Shown: piece by piece, positions 37,467 through 46,524 of the stretch | Numbering within the stretch: the stretch's first letter is position 1 | Layout: every line of letters begins with the position of its first letter | NCBI GenBank assembly: GCA_048885535.1 | Contig: JBHLLO010000001.1 | Coordinates: 3,721-67,720 of the forward strand | DNA: 64,000 bases | Direction of reading: 5' to 3' | DNA from: Candidatus Hermodarchaeota archaeon | Lineage (GTDB): Archaea; Asgardarchaeota; Lokiarchaeia; Sigyniarchaeales; SOKP01 | Program-made: the position numbers and the translations under genes | The notes under the pieces: generated by a model | The model's input: the letters and a program-made list of their open reading frames with translations, nothing else | The model's database searches: none | Told to the model about the DNA's origin: nothing

Positions 37467-38870
37467 GCTAATGAGAGTTTCTAGAGCTTCTAATACTTTT
37501 TTTCCATTTTCGGTAATACTATAATACACATTTTTTCCACTTTTTTCCCTTGAAATCAATTGCTTTTCCTCTAATTCTTTTAAATGTTGATAAACTGCAG
37601 CCACACTAATAGATCCTAACATTTCCTTTATTTTTATTCCATATATACCCCTATTACCTGCTAATGAAACTTGAGTTAATATTTTCAGTTTAGTGCTTAA
37701 TAAACTTCCCATTCCAGCAGTTTTCGTTCGAGAGGATAACGCTTCTAATACATAAGGTGCTTTTAACCCACTTCCTGTAATAATGCAAACTACTTTTTCT
37801 TTAGGATCAAACAAATCTCGTTGATTTAAGATTTGAACTGCTGCTAAGGTCAAAGCAGATGATGGTTCAGCGAAAATACCTTCATTTCTAATTAACTCAT
37901 CAATTGAGCTTAAAATTAAGTTTTCAGGAACCGCTAATGAGGTACCATTGCTTTCTTTTATACACCTAATTGCTAAATCTTTAAAAATAGGCTTCTTCAC
38001 AAAAATACCCATAGCTAATGATTTTGTTATATCACCTTCTTTACTAATTTGATCGTTCTGTTGAAAAAATCCATTTACTATAGGAGAGGATACTTGAGAT
38101 TGAACCCCGATTAATTTTGGGAAATCTTGGATAACTTTTGCTTCTCGAATCTCATAATAACTTTTCCATAAGCTCACTAATAATTCACCACTCCCCATTG
38201 GAATCACAATCCAATCAGGAAGTCCTAATTGTTGATAAACCTCAAAACCAATTGTTTTTTGAGCTTCAATTGTAAGAGGGTTAAACTCACTAGTACATTG
38301 ATAATAATCGTTGTATTTTTTATCTAAAGCCAATTCGATTGCATCATCAATTAACTCCCCATTTACAATTATTTCCGAATTATAAGCAATCATTTGAGCT
38401 TTTTTACCAATGTCTATTTCCCTTGGTATAATATTTATACATTTTATACCTTCTAATGAAGTATAGGCGGCAATTGAAGCACCTTGGTTTCCACTAGAAG
38501 CGCATACTACCTTATTATATCCCCAACTACGTGCGTGGGAAATTAACAGTGCCGCAGATCTGTCTTTAAATGAATTCGTAGGATTTTGAGTTTCATCTTT
38601 GAAATATAAGTTTTTAAGTCCTAAAATTTGTCCTATTTTTTCAGATTCTTTACACGGAGTGCCGCCTTCTCTTTTATCCAAACTAACAAGAAATTCTTTC
38701 TCAATCTCTGGAAAGGTGAAATAAAAGTCCCAAAAAGTCTTAAATGGCTTACCAAAATTTTCCTTATAATTTTCTAATTTTGGTTTGAACCATAACAAAC
38801 TTCCACAATTAGTGCATTTATATTCAACTTTATTAAACTTATAATCCGTTTTACAGTTACTGCAGTTCAA
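37458..38870 (-). CDS. Threonine-synthase-family PLP enzyme with N-terminal zinc ribbon and C-terminal winged helix-turn-helix
   Basis: 470 aa. CSNC...CTNC ribbon. PLP-lysine motif NPTNSFKDRSAALL and SSGNQGASIAAY. The C-terminal ~65 aa GIKIKEMLGSISVAAVYQHLKELEEKQLISREKSGKNVYYSITENGKKVLE resemble ArsR/PadR-type wHTH. Confidence 0.75.
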   Translation of the reverse strand: MNCSNCKTDYKFNKVEYKCTNCGSLLWFKPKLENYKENFGKPFKTFWDFYFTFPEIEKEFLVSLDKREGGTPCKESEKIGQILGLKNLYFKDETQNPTNSFKDRSAALLISHARSWGYNKVVCASSGNQGASIAAYTSLEGIKCINIIPREIDIGKKAQMIAYNSEIIVNGELIDDAIELALDKKYNDYYQCTSEFNPLTIEAQKTIGFEVYQQLGLPDWIVIPMGSGELLVSLWKSYYEIREAKVIQDFPKLIGVQSQVSSPIVNGFFQQNDQISKEGDITKSLAMGIFVKKPIFKDLAIRCIKESNGTSLAVPENLILSSIDELIRNEGIFAEPSSALTLAAVQILNQRDLFDPKEKVVCIITGSGLKAPYVLEALSSRTKTAGMGSLLSTKLKILTQVSLAGNRGIYGIKIKEMLGSISVAAVYQHLKELEEKQLISREKSGKNVYYSITENGKKVLEALETLISLF

Positions 38871-39007
38871 AAGAATAGGTTTTTGAATAATAATCTAACC
38901 TCTATGTTGTAAAATTGCTAGAAGTAAGTTATTTTGTTTAATTTTAGGTAAATCAGCTTACTAATACTCAAAATTAATATTAAATTAGAAAAAATAATTT
39001 ATATTTA

Positions 39008-39496
39008 TTACTTTTTCAAAATTTCATTGGACGCATATACAGCAAGAATTTCCCCGAAAAATAAATGATGACTTGCTATATTACCTGATTTGCATGAATG
39101 AAGTATCCTACATTCATAATTTAATATACAATTTTTTATTGTTGGAACTTTTACCATACTTCCTTCTATTAATTCTAATCCTGCTTTTTTGAATTTATCA
39201 ACATTCCTACCAGAATATGAACCAGTTATATTAATTGCATTTTCAATTTTTACAGAAGGAATATTCACAGTAAATTCATGCCTTCCTTCAGTCAGCAATT
39301 TAAAAGTGTAACGCGATGGAGATACCGCAACAGTTATAATCGGTATTCCCCATAGTTCTCCAATAGTTTTCCATAATAATGCCATAACATTTGCTTTTCC
39401 TTCTTTACTCATTGACACAAGAAGAGCAGCTTTGGACATAAAATAATTCATATATTCATATGGAGAAATTTCATACCTTTCTGACATTTTAATCAA
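39008..39496 (-). CDS. Flavin reductase-like FMN-binding (split-barrel) protein
   Basis: 162 aa. ANVMALLWKTIGELWGIPIITVAVSPSRYTFKLL...FTVNI pattern of the flavin reductase domain family. Confidence 0.6.
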   Translation of the reverse strand: MIKMSERYEISPYEYMNYFMSKAALLVSMSKEGKANVMALLWKTIGELWGIPIITVAVSPSRYTFKLLTEGRHEFTVNIPSVKIENAINITGSYSGRNVDKFKKAGLELIEGSMVKVPTIKNCILNYECRILHSCKSGNIASHHLFFGEILAVYASNEILKK

Positions 39497-39523
39497 CTCA
39501 CTTAGAATTCGAAATAAATTTTC

Positions 39524-39763
39524 TTATGGTTCAAAAGGTTCATCATGGATAACTTTATCAATAGCATCCATGCAAGCATCTTCCCAATCACCATTAGGGT
39601 TAACATTTCTACAACAATCCGGACACCAATCATCTGAATAACCAGGATCCCAGTCCTCCTCTTCTAAATCTCCATTTAACATGCTCCCACAGTAAAAGCA
39701 AACACGCTCATCATATCTATCTAAAATTTCAGAAATTAATTTTATTTTTTTTTTAGAATTCAT
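39524..39763 (-). CDS. Small acidic Cys-rich (putative zinc-binding) protein
   Basis: 79 aa. CFYCGS...CPDCC. Sits between the NMO-like and flavin-reductase genes on the same strand. Confidence 0.45.
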   Translation of the reverse strand: MNSKKKIKLISEILDRYDERVCFYCGSMLNGDLEEEDWDPGYSDDWCPDCCRNVNPNGDWEDACMDAIDKVIHDEPFEP

Positions 39764-39842
39764 CTTCTTTTCAACTTACTAAAATAATTATAATCTTATA
39801 ATTATTAGATTATAAATTAATAAAAAAAAGGAATTATCGTCC

Positions 39843-40877
39843 TTATTTGATTAAACCACTTGTTTCAATTAACAATTTTTCAGCCTTTTTCATAATATTA
39901 TCAATTATATCTTTTACACTATCTATTGAATTTATAAGTCCAATGCTTTGACCCAGAAGAACTGCTCCCTGCTTGATATCACCATCATAAACCATCTCAT
40001 AGTGTTTTTGATCCTCCATGGCCTTTTCTGCTGTTAACTCTACTTCTAAAGCTAGTTTTTCCTCTTTACTTGACACTGGTTTATGCGAAAGAGCATATTG
40101 GTTTCGCCATAACCTAATTGGTCCGAGAACACCTAAACAATAAGCAGTATCACTTGCTTTAGCAGGTGGTATAACATTCTTATAATTATCATGAAATTCA
40201 CTATCCTTAGAAGCAATAAAACGTGAGCCCATTGCTATTGCTCCAGCTCCCATTGCTAAAGCTCCAGTTAATCCTTCACCAGTAGCAAAACCTCCACATG
40301 CAATTAATGGTATTTGAGGATACTTTTCTTTAATTTGCTGTAGCAGTACTAGTGTGCTTACTTTTTCATAAGATTGGTGACCTCCTCCTTCCCACCCAGT
40401 AGCAACTATCCCATCTACTCCCGCATTAATACATTTATCTGCCAGCCATAATGCAGGAGCTACATGAAAGTGTTTTATTTGAGAACCGCTTTCTTTTAAT
40501 TTCTGAAATGAATTATTATGAATCATTTTTGGTGTTCCAGCACTAGTTACTACATATATGCATTGTTCTCGCAGTTTTGGATTATTCCTTATAAACTTAA
40601 GAATCACACGGCATAATGTTGGCGCATCAACTTGTAATCTAGCAGTTCTTATGTTAAATCCAAAAGGTTTATCTGTGTGTTCAATTACATATTCCATATT
40701 TTCTTTCATTTCTTGGACACTGCTTTTTCCAAAAAGATTGGTATGACTTAACACTCCTAAACCGCCTGCTTCAGAAACCGCAACTGTCAGTTCAGTTGTA
40801 TAAAAAGGACCCATAGGAGCTGCTATAATTGGATACTTAATCCCAAACATTTTTGTTATATTTGTTTCAATTACCAC
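39843..40877 (-). CDS. Nitronate monooxygenase / FabK-like FMN-dependent oxidoreductase (NPD family)
   Basis: 344 aa. MFGIKYPIIAAPMGPF, GWEGGGH, ACGGFATGEGLTGALAMGAGAIAMGSRF. Confidence 0.75.
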   Translation of the reverse strand: MVIETNITKMFGIKYPIIAAPMGPFYTTELTVAVSEAGGLGVLSHTNLFGKSSVQEMKENMEYVIEHTDKPFGFNIRTARLQVDAPTLCRVILKFIRNNPKLREQCIYVVTSAGTPKMIHNNSFQKLKESGSQIKHFHVAPALWLADKCINAGVDGIVATGWEGGGHQSYEKVSTLVLLQQIKEKYPQIPLIACGGFATGEGLTGALAMGAGAIAMGSRFIASKDSEFHDNYKNVIPPAKASDTAYCLGVLGPIRLWRNQYALSHKPVSSKEEKLALEVELTAEKAMEDQKHYEMVYDGDIKQGAVLLGQSIGLINSIDSVKDIIDNIMKKAEKLLIETSGLIK

Positions 40878-41075
40878 ATTTCTTACCTAATTTAGCCTTT
40901 TTTAATTAATTATATAATTAAATGTAGTAGAATATAAATCTTTAATAGAATAAAATCTGTCAAGTAGAATAAAATAACCTAATTCAAAAATATTGAAATA
41001 TGACTATATCTTAAAATCATATGATAACTTTATTAAAAATTATCAAAATTAAAATCAGTAAAAAATTTATTTCGG

Positions 41076-41492
41076 GTGAAATTTATGGGAAAGGCTGGAC
41101 CAATTGTTGGTTTAGTTGGCGGGACTCTGATGCTGGTTGCTGCTGTCATTCAAATTCAATACAACCTAACATATATGTTAATGGGATCTCCTATTTCTAG
41201 ACCATTAATACCAACAATTATAAGCATAATAATAACAGTAGTTTGGGCTTCTCTTGGAATATCAGGAGCGTTTCTTGGCTTGCGAGATAAAAAATTGGGT
41301 AATGTTTTAATGATAATTGCTGGTGCAGGAAGTCTCGTTGGAGGATTTACTCCAATTAGTATATTTACAATAGATACTTATTATAGAGGTTTTATTTTTC
41401 TTAATGCTACATTGATGTCTATTGATCCAATATTAATGTTAATTGGAGGTATCTTATCAATAGCTTTATGGCCAAAACCAGAAAGGCATTAA
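41076..41492 (+). CDS. Small integral membrane protein (about 4 TM), unknown function
   Basis: 138 aa. GTG at 41076 or ATG at 41085. Strongly hydrophobic segments throughout. Confidence 0.5.
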   Translation: MKFMGKAGPIVGLVGGTLMLVAAVIQIQYNLTYMLMGSPISRPLIPTIISIIITVVWASLGISGAFLGLRDKKLGNVLMIIAGAGSLVGGFTPISIFTIDTYYRGFIFLNATLMSIDPILMLIGGILSIALWPKPERH

Positions 41493-41670
41493 AAGAACCC
41501 AAATATACTATTAAGGTATACGACAATAATCATAGCAGCTATTATTTAAATGGTTGTTGAAAATATTAATACTAATTTGTATTTTTTTGAAAAAAATTTA
41601 CTACATATTTTTAATGTTATCAGAGCTTATTTCTTAATAATCTTCTAATATTTAATTTTATTAAATCCTC

Positions 41671-42627
41671 ATGTGTCCAGATATAATAAGTCTAGGGGAA
41701 TTATTAGTTGAAATTATGCGAGAACAAGTTGATATTCATCATGGAGAAATTGGGTCCAACTATAAAGGACCATACCCTAGTGGTGCACCTGCGATTTTTA
41801 TTGATTCAGCTGCTCGTATGTCTAAGCCATTCAATTTATCAACTGGATTTTTCGGTGCTATAGGAAATGATGAGTTTGGAGAGTGTATTATTAATAAACT
41901 TAAATTTGATGGAGTAGATATTTCACAAATTAGGATTTTGGATAATAAAACAACAGGGATAGCATTTAATCAATATAATTCAGATGGGTCTCGCAAGTTT
42001 ATATTTGCGGGTGGTGCGGCTGGTAATATTTTTCCAGAAAATATTAATGAAAAATACTTCCAAAATGTAAAATCTTTGCATATTATGGGTAGCGCCCTTT
42101 CGATTAGTAAGTCTTCGAGAGATTCATGCTATAAAGCGATATCAGTGGCCAAAGAAGCGAATCCGAATCTTGTTATTTCATTCGATCCGAATTTGCGTCC
42201 GGAAATGCTAGATCTGGAAAAAATATTAGAGATATGTAACCCTGTATTAAAGGATACATTAATTTTAATGCCTAGTGATAAGGAAGCCGAAATGTTGGCA
42301 GGAGTAGTTGGTGCCAGTGATGCATGTAGAAAATTATTACAGAAAGGCCCTGAAATTATAATATTGAAATTAAGAGAAGCAGGTTGCATAATCTTTACTC
42401 GCAAGAATCAAGAAGGAATAAAGGTTCCCGGTTTTAAAGTTAAAGAAGTAGATCCTACTGGTGCAGGAGATTCATTTGGAGGAGCATTTATTGTAGGATA
42501 TCTTGCAGGATGGAATTTAACTAAGTCAGCACAATTTGCTAACGCTGTAGGTGCGCTTAAAGTTCAAAGTTTTGGTCCTATGCCAGATACAACATATGAA
42601 GATGTTATACTCTTTATGAGACGCTAG
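41671..42627 (+). CDS. PfkB-family carbohydrate kinase
   Basis: 318 aa. N-terminal ISLGELLVE, GGAAGN, and C-terminal signature DPTGAGDSFGGAFIVGYL. Confidence 0.8.
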   Translation: MCPDIISLGELLVEIMREQVDIHHGEIGSNYKGPYPSGAPAIFIDSAARMSKPFNLSTGFFGAIGNDEFGECIINKLKFDGVDISQIRILDNKTTGIAFNQYNSDGSRKFIFAGGAAGNIFPENINEKYFQNVKSLHIMGSALSISKSSRDSCYKAISVAKEANPNLVISFDPNLRPEMLDLEKILEICNPVLKDTLILMPSDKEAEMLAGVVGASDACRKLLQKGPEIIILKLREAGCIIFTRKNQEGIKVPGFKVKEVDPTGAGDSFGGAFIVGYLAGWNLTKSAQFANAVGALKVQSFGPMPDTTYEDVILFMRR

Positions 42628-44620
42628 GACCTTTTAAATGCAAAGAAAAAACCTTTACTTGCTCAATTTGATCATTTTTGATTGAATATAATCTAAACCC
42701 AGGTGGTTTATACTTATAAAGATTGGAGATTGGACCCATCGCTTGAACTTGAAATATAAATGGTTTATTAACATCAAACCAAATTTTTAAATCAGAAGGA
42801 CTAACATATGATTTAAATTGTTCTCGATAAATTGATGTATATACCTCACAAGGAACCTCAATATAAATTGGAAAAAACCAAAAACCAAAATTTATACGTT
42901 CAGTTTTGCGCGCTTCTTTCAATCGGTATTCTTTTAATGTATGAGTGTGGCCACATAAAATCAAGTCTACTTTTCTTCTTATCTCTTTGTCAGAACCAGT
43001 CACGATTCTTAATAGAGTTGCCCAATTATACATTATTGTTTCATATTTTAAATTTAAAACAGTATCTAATCTACCAGTATTATTTATTTTTTTTAAATTA
43101 TCCTCATGGAAATCTGACCATTCTATTTCTCTTTTCTCAATACCAAATTTCTTTTTGTATTTTCTTATTTTTCTAGAGTTTAAATTAGGAGAGATTGGTG
43201 GAGTATGCATGACTATAATAATTTTTCGATCATGAGACAATTTAATATATGCCCGAAGTAAATCTACTTGTTCATCTTTTATTCCTTTAGTACTTGGTCC
43301 TCCTGTTAATAAATCATGAAGATCTGCGATTGAGTCTTCCCCAGTATCAAGAAAAATGAAATTGTAATTCTCTCCAATTTTTAAATTATAGTTAAGGTTT
43401 GGATTAAAATATCTAAAATAATCCTTTATGTATTTCACATGGGATTTAAGTGCTGTGAAATAATTAAAAAATTTAGTATCATAATAACCTTTTATGTCAT
43501 GATTAGTTAAACCGAATATTTTATGAATTTGACCAAATCTTAAGCCATAGTGCTCCTTTCGATAATCATGATTTCCAATAGTAGTAAAAATGGGTACAAT
43601 AATCTCTTTTTTATTTATAAATTCTGAATCTTTACCCAATTGAGGCGGTTTTTCTAAGCCTCTATTTAATCCAAGTAAAATGTCAATTAGAACGTAAAAG
43701 TTATTCTCATACTGATAATTTCCCTTAGCGATATTCAGATAATCAATTAAATCTCCTGTCATTAAAATAAAATCTAATTTATTCTGTTTTGCTCTCTCAT
43801 TCACAAAATCTATAAATAATCTTAAATTATAATTAAAATTATATTTTGCATATCTTAGTTCTTCATATTTGGCTATCTGGAAATTTTCCTTATATTCAAA
43901 ATCTCGTGTTAGAACGAAATCATCAATTTTCTTTAGTTTTTTCTCTTTCTGTTCATAGTACTTCATTTGTGCTTTTACTTTTTCCTTGATAAAATTTAAT
44001 ATAAAATCGTTTCTTCTAGCAACATGAAAATCTGAAGCATGAATAAATTCAAAATTGTCCCAATCTTTATTATAAATTGCTATACTATGGAAATTTATCT
44101 TATTATCAGTTCTATTTGGAATATCATGCACTAAATCGAATAATAAAAAATTTCTACCTAATTCACTTAGTAATTTTTCAATTTTTTTAACTATCGGCAA
44201 CTCAATTTTAAAATTTATTTCATATAATTCAGTCCTTTTTCCAAATACATTTTCTAATTGTAAAGCAGAGTTATATAAATCCCAAATAATACAATTTTTA
44301 TCTTCTAATATTGTTTGATCCTTAAAATCAAGTTTTTCAATTTTTGAAATTTCAATCAAAGAAATTGGAAACAGCTCTCCCCTTCTTTGCTGAAATTCTC
44401 CCTCCTCTTTCAAGATAGGCTGAATATATATATTTAAATGGAAATACTCAAGAATTCTTTTGAGAGAATGGGATTGATTGGCTAAGATTAAGGTGTTGAA
44501 CATAACTGGTTTATGATATTCTTCTAACCTATCCTTAAAATCTTTTAAATTAAGTAAAATAGGCTGTCCTAAATTTGGTTTTAATATTATTGGAAAACTT
44601 CCTACTGATAAATCCAACAT
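42614..44620 (-). CDS. Large calcineurin-like metallophosphoesterase with about 185-aa N-terminal extension
   Basis: 668 aa. HASDFHVA, MTGDLIDY, IGNHDY, VMHTPP, CGHTHT. Its 3' end overlaps the convergent PfkB gene by 14 bp. Confidence 0.75.
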   Translation of the reverse strand: MLDLSVGSFPIILKPNLGQPILLNLKDFKDRLEEYHKPVMFNTLILANQSHSLKRILEYFHLNIYIQPILKEEGEFQQRRGELFPISLIEISKIEKLDFKDQTILEDKNCIIWDLYNSALQLENVFGKRTELYEINFKIELPIVKKIEKLLSELGRNFLLFDLVHDIPNRTDNKINFHSIAIYNKDWDNFEFIHASDFHVARRNDFILNFIKEKVKAQMKYYEQKEKKLKKIDDFVLTRDFEYKENFQIAKYEELRYAKYNFNYNLRLFIDFVNERAKQNKLDFILMTGDLIDYLNIAKGNYQYENNFYVLIDILLGLNRGLEKPPQLGKDSEFINKKEIIVPIFTTIGNHDYRKEHYGLRFGQIHKIFGLTNHDIKGYYDTKFFNYFTALKSHVKYIKDYFRYFNPNLNYNLKIGENYNFIFLDTGEDSIADLHDLLTGGPSTKGIKDEQVDLLRAYIKLSHDRKIIIVMHTPPISPNLNSRKIRKYKKKFGIEKREIEWSDFHEDNLKKINNTGRLDTVLNLKYETIMYNWATLLRIVTGSDKEIRRKVDLILCGHTHTLKEYRLKEARKTERINFGFWFFPIYIEVPCEVYTSIYREQFKSYVSPSDLKIWFDVNKPFIFQVQAMGPISNLYKYKPPGFRLYSIKNDQIEQVKVFSLHLKGPSVS

Positions 44621-44978
44621 GTCTAGAGTAGCTCTAAATTAAATTGTCATTCTTTATAATAATTATTTGATTTTTGTTCATAATTAATTTTTTTAATATT
44701 TTCTTTTCTTTTGATTTTAAATGATATATAAATTTATCTATCTAGGTCTGTAATTTCTAATCAAAAAATTAAATATGGTTAAATTTTAAATAGATAAAAA
44801 TTGTATATTTTATAAGCGTCTTAATTTAGATGTCGAAAATGCAAAATTATTTAATTAAAAGCCTATTTGACCAAATAGAAATTTGTTTTTCATATTTAAA
44901 TAAGAATTAAATTTTAAATTACAATTTCTACTTTTATCTTAATAACGATAATAAAATCTAATAATCAAAATTCGCACT

Positions 44979-46472
44979 ATGACAGATGAACTAAGAGAAG
45001 AAGATAAGGAAAATAAGACTGAAAGTAAATCTGAAAAAGATGATGACAGGGTAGATAAAGAATTCCTAAGTAAAGCAAAAGAGTCAAGAGATTTAATAGA
45101 CAAAAAATTGAGGACCTTTGAAGACAGTATTGAAGATATATCTGACACAATCAAAAATAATGATACTTTAGAGGAACAGAAGGAAAAAGAAGAAATTCGA
45201 ACTGAAGAATTAAGCGAAGAAATAAAGAAAGAACAAGAAAAACTTGACTCTATAAAGAAAAAAGTTGATGATAAAGAGGAATACCTTACTGCTCTTGAAG
45301 AAACTATAAAAGAGTTAACAGAACGATATAATAGAAAAAATGAAGAAATGCAGAACCTGGAGGAAAGACTAAAGATTATTCAAGAAAGTAAAGAAAACCT
45401 TGAAGAAGAATATAAAGAACTTATAAAAAACAATGAGCAGCTAATAAAAACCTATGAAACTCGACAAGTGGATCTAATTGTACTAACAGATAGTGTAAAA
45501 GAAAAAGTTACAACTCAAGATGAATTGAGAAACAAAATCTCTAAGATTAATCAAGAAGTTCAAGAAAAGGAAGAAATTCTGCAAAAACAAAAAGAGGAAG
45601 CAGAAGCTTTAGAAAAAAAAATTAAAAGCTTAAGCGCGGAAAATGAGACCTTAAAGGTTTCAATTGGTAAAAATAGATTTGAATTAGACCACACAAATAA
45701 AGAAATTGAAGCAAAAGAGGAGGAGAAGAAGCTTTTAACAGAACAATTAGAGAAAAGAGAACAACGAATAAAAACAATTGAACAACAAATTGAAGATTAT
45801 AAACAAGGATTTCCAGAAATGGAGAAACAAAGACAAACATATGAAGAACTATTTGCTAAATACAAAGTTCAATTAACTGAAAAACAGCAGCAATTAATTG
45901 ATTCTGAATCAAAAATTCAAGACTTGACTGAATCTATGGCTTCATTTGACGAACAAATATCAAAAAAGGAGGAGCTAATAGAAGCTAATGAAAAAAGGTT
46001 AGATGACTTAAAAAAGAATATTGATGCGACTAATACGGAATATATTGAACGAGAAGAAAGATTAAACTCACTTACTGAAAAATTAGATTTTATGCAAGCC
46101 GAGCACGATAAGTTAAGTAAAGCAAAAGAAGTTATAGAAAAAAGTACAAATGAATCTAAAGCTTTACTTCAAAAACTTAAGATTGAATTAGAAAATCAAG
46201 AAGAAGAAATAAGAGATAAGGAAAGTAGAATCCACAGATTAGAAACTCTTTCATTTATATATAGGCTCTCAAAATTCTTTGGGGGGATATTAATTGGAGT
46301 TGGGATCTTTTTTATTATTCTTGTGATAGGAGATATATTTAACTTTATTAATTTTGGGGATGTTCAGATTATAAACCTTGGAGATTTAAGTTTCGGGGTT
46401 GTAAGTTTATTACTATTTATAAGCGCTTTATTTTCGATAATCTCTGGAATTTTTCATCTAGAAAAGTCCTAG
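44979..46472 (+). CDS. Long coiled-coil protein with C-terminal double-TM anchor
   Basis: 497 aa. About 420 aa of E/K/Q/L-rich heptad-like sequence, then FGGILIGVGIFFIILVIGDIF and FGVVSLLLFISALFSIISGIFHL. Confidence 0.6.
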   Translation: MTDELREEDKENKTESKSEKDDDRVDKEFLSKAKESRDLIDKKLRTFEDSIEDISDTIKNNDTLEEQKEKEEIRTEELSEEIKKEQEKLDSIKKKVDDKEEYLTALEETIKELTERYNRKNEEMQNLEERLKIIQESKENLEEEYKELIKNNEQLIKTYETRQVDLIVLTDSVKEKVTTQDELRNKISKINQEVQEKEEILQKQKEEAEALEKKIKSLSAENETLKVSIGKNRFELDHTNKEIEAKEEEKKLLTEQLEKREQRIKTIEQQIEDYKQGFPEMEKQRQTYEELFAKYKVQLTEKQQQLIDSESKIQDLTESMASFDEQISKKEELIEANEKRLDDLKKNIDATNTEYIEREERLNSLTEKLDFMQAEHDKLSKAKEVIEKSTNESKALLQKLKIELENQEEEIRDKESRIHRLETLSFIYRLSKFFGGILIGVGIFFIILVIGDIFNFINFGDVQIINLGDLSFGVVSLLLFISALFSIISGIFHLEKS

Positions 46473-46524
46473 ATTTAAAGCTTTTTAAAAAAATGTTCTA
46501 ATTAATATTATTCATTGATAAAAA

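Noticed and set aside
42832-43235. Two overlapping plus-strand ORFs (114 and 96 aa) inside the metallophosphoesterase gene
   Set aside because: They are antisense shadow ORFs with an F/L/I/Y-rich nonsense-like translation. The minus-strand product has all five phosphoesterase motifs.
44863-44878. Inverted repeat ctatttg-ac-caaatag in the divergent region between the phosphoesterase and coiled-coil genes
   Set aside because: Arms of 7 bp in AT-rich sequence are weak evidence, and no second copy was seen in the window.
44831-44911. 26-aa ORF (MSKMQNYLIKSLFDQIEICFSYLNKN) in the 358-bp spacer upstream of the coiled-coil gene
   Set aside because: It is too short and has no supporting features, so it was kept only as a note.
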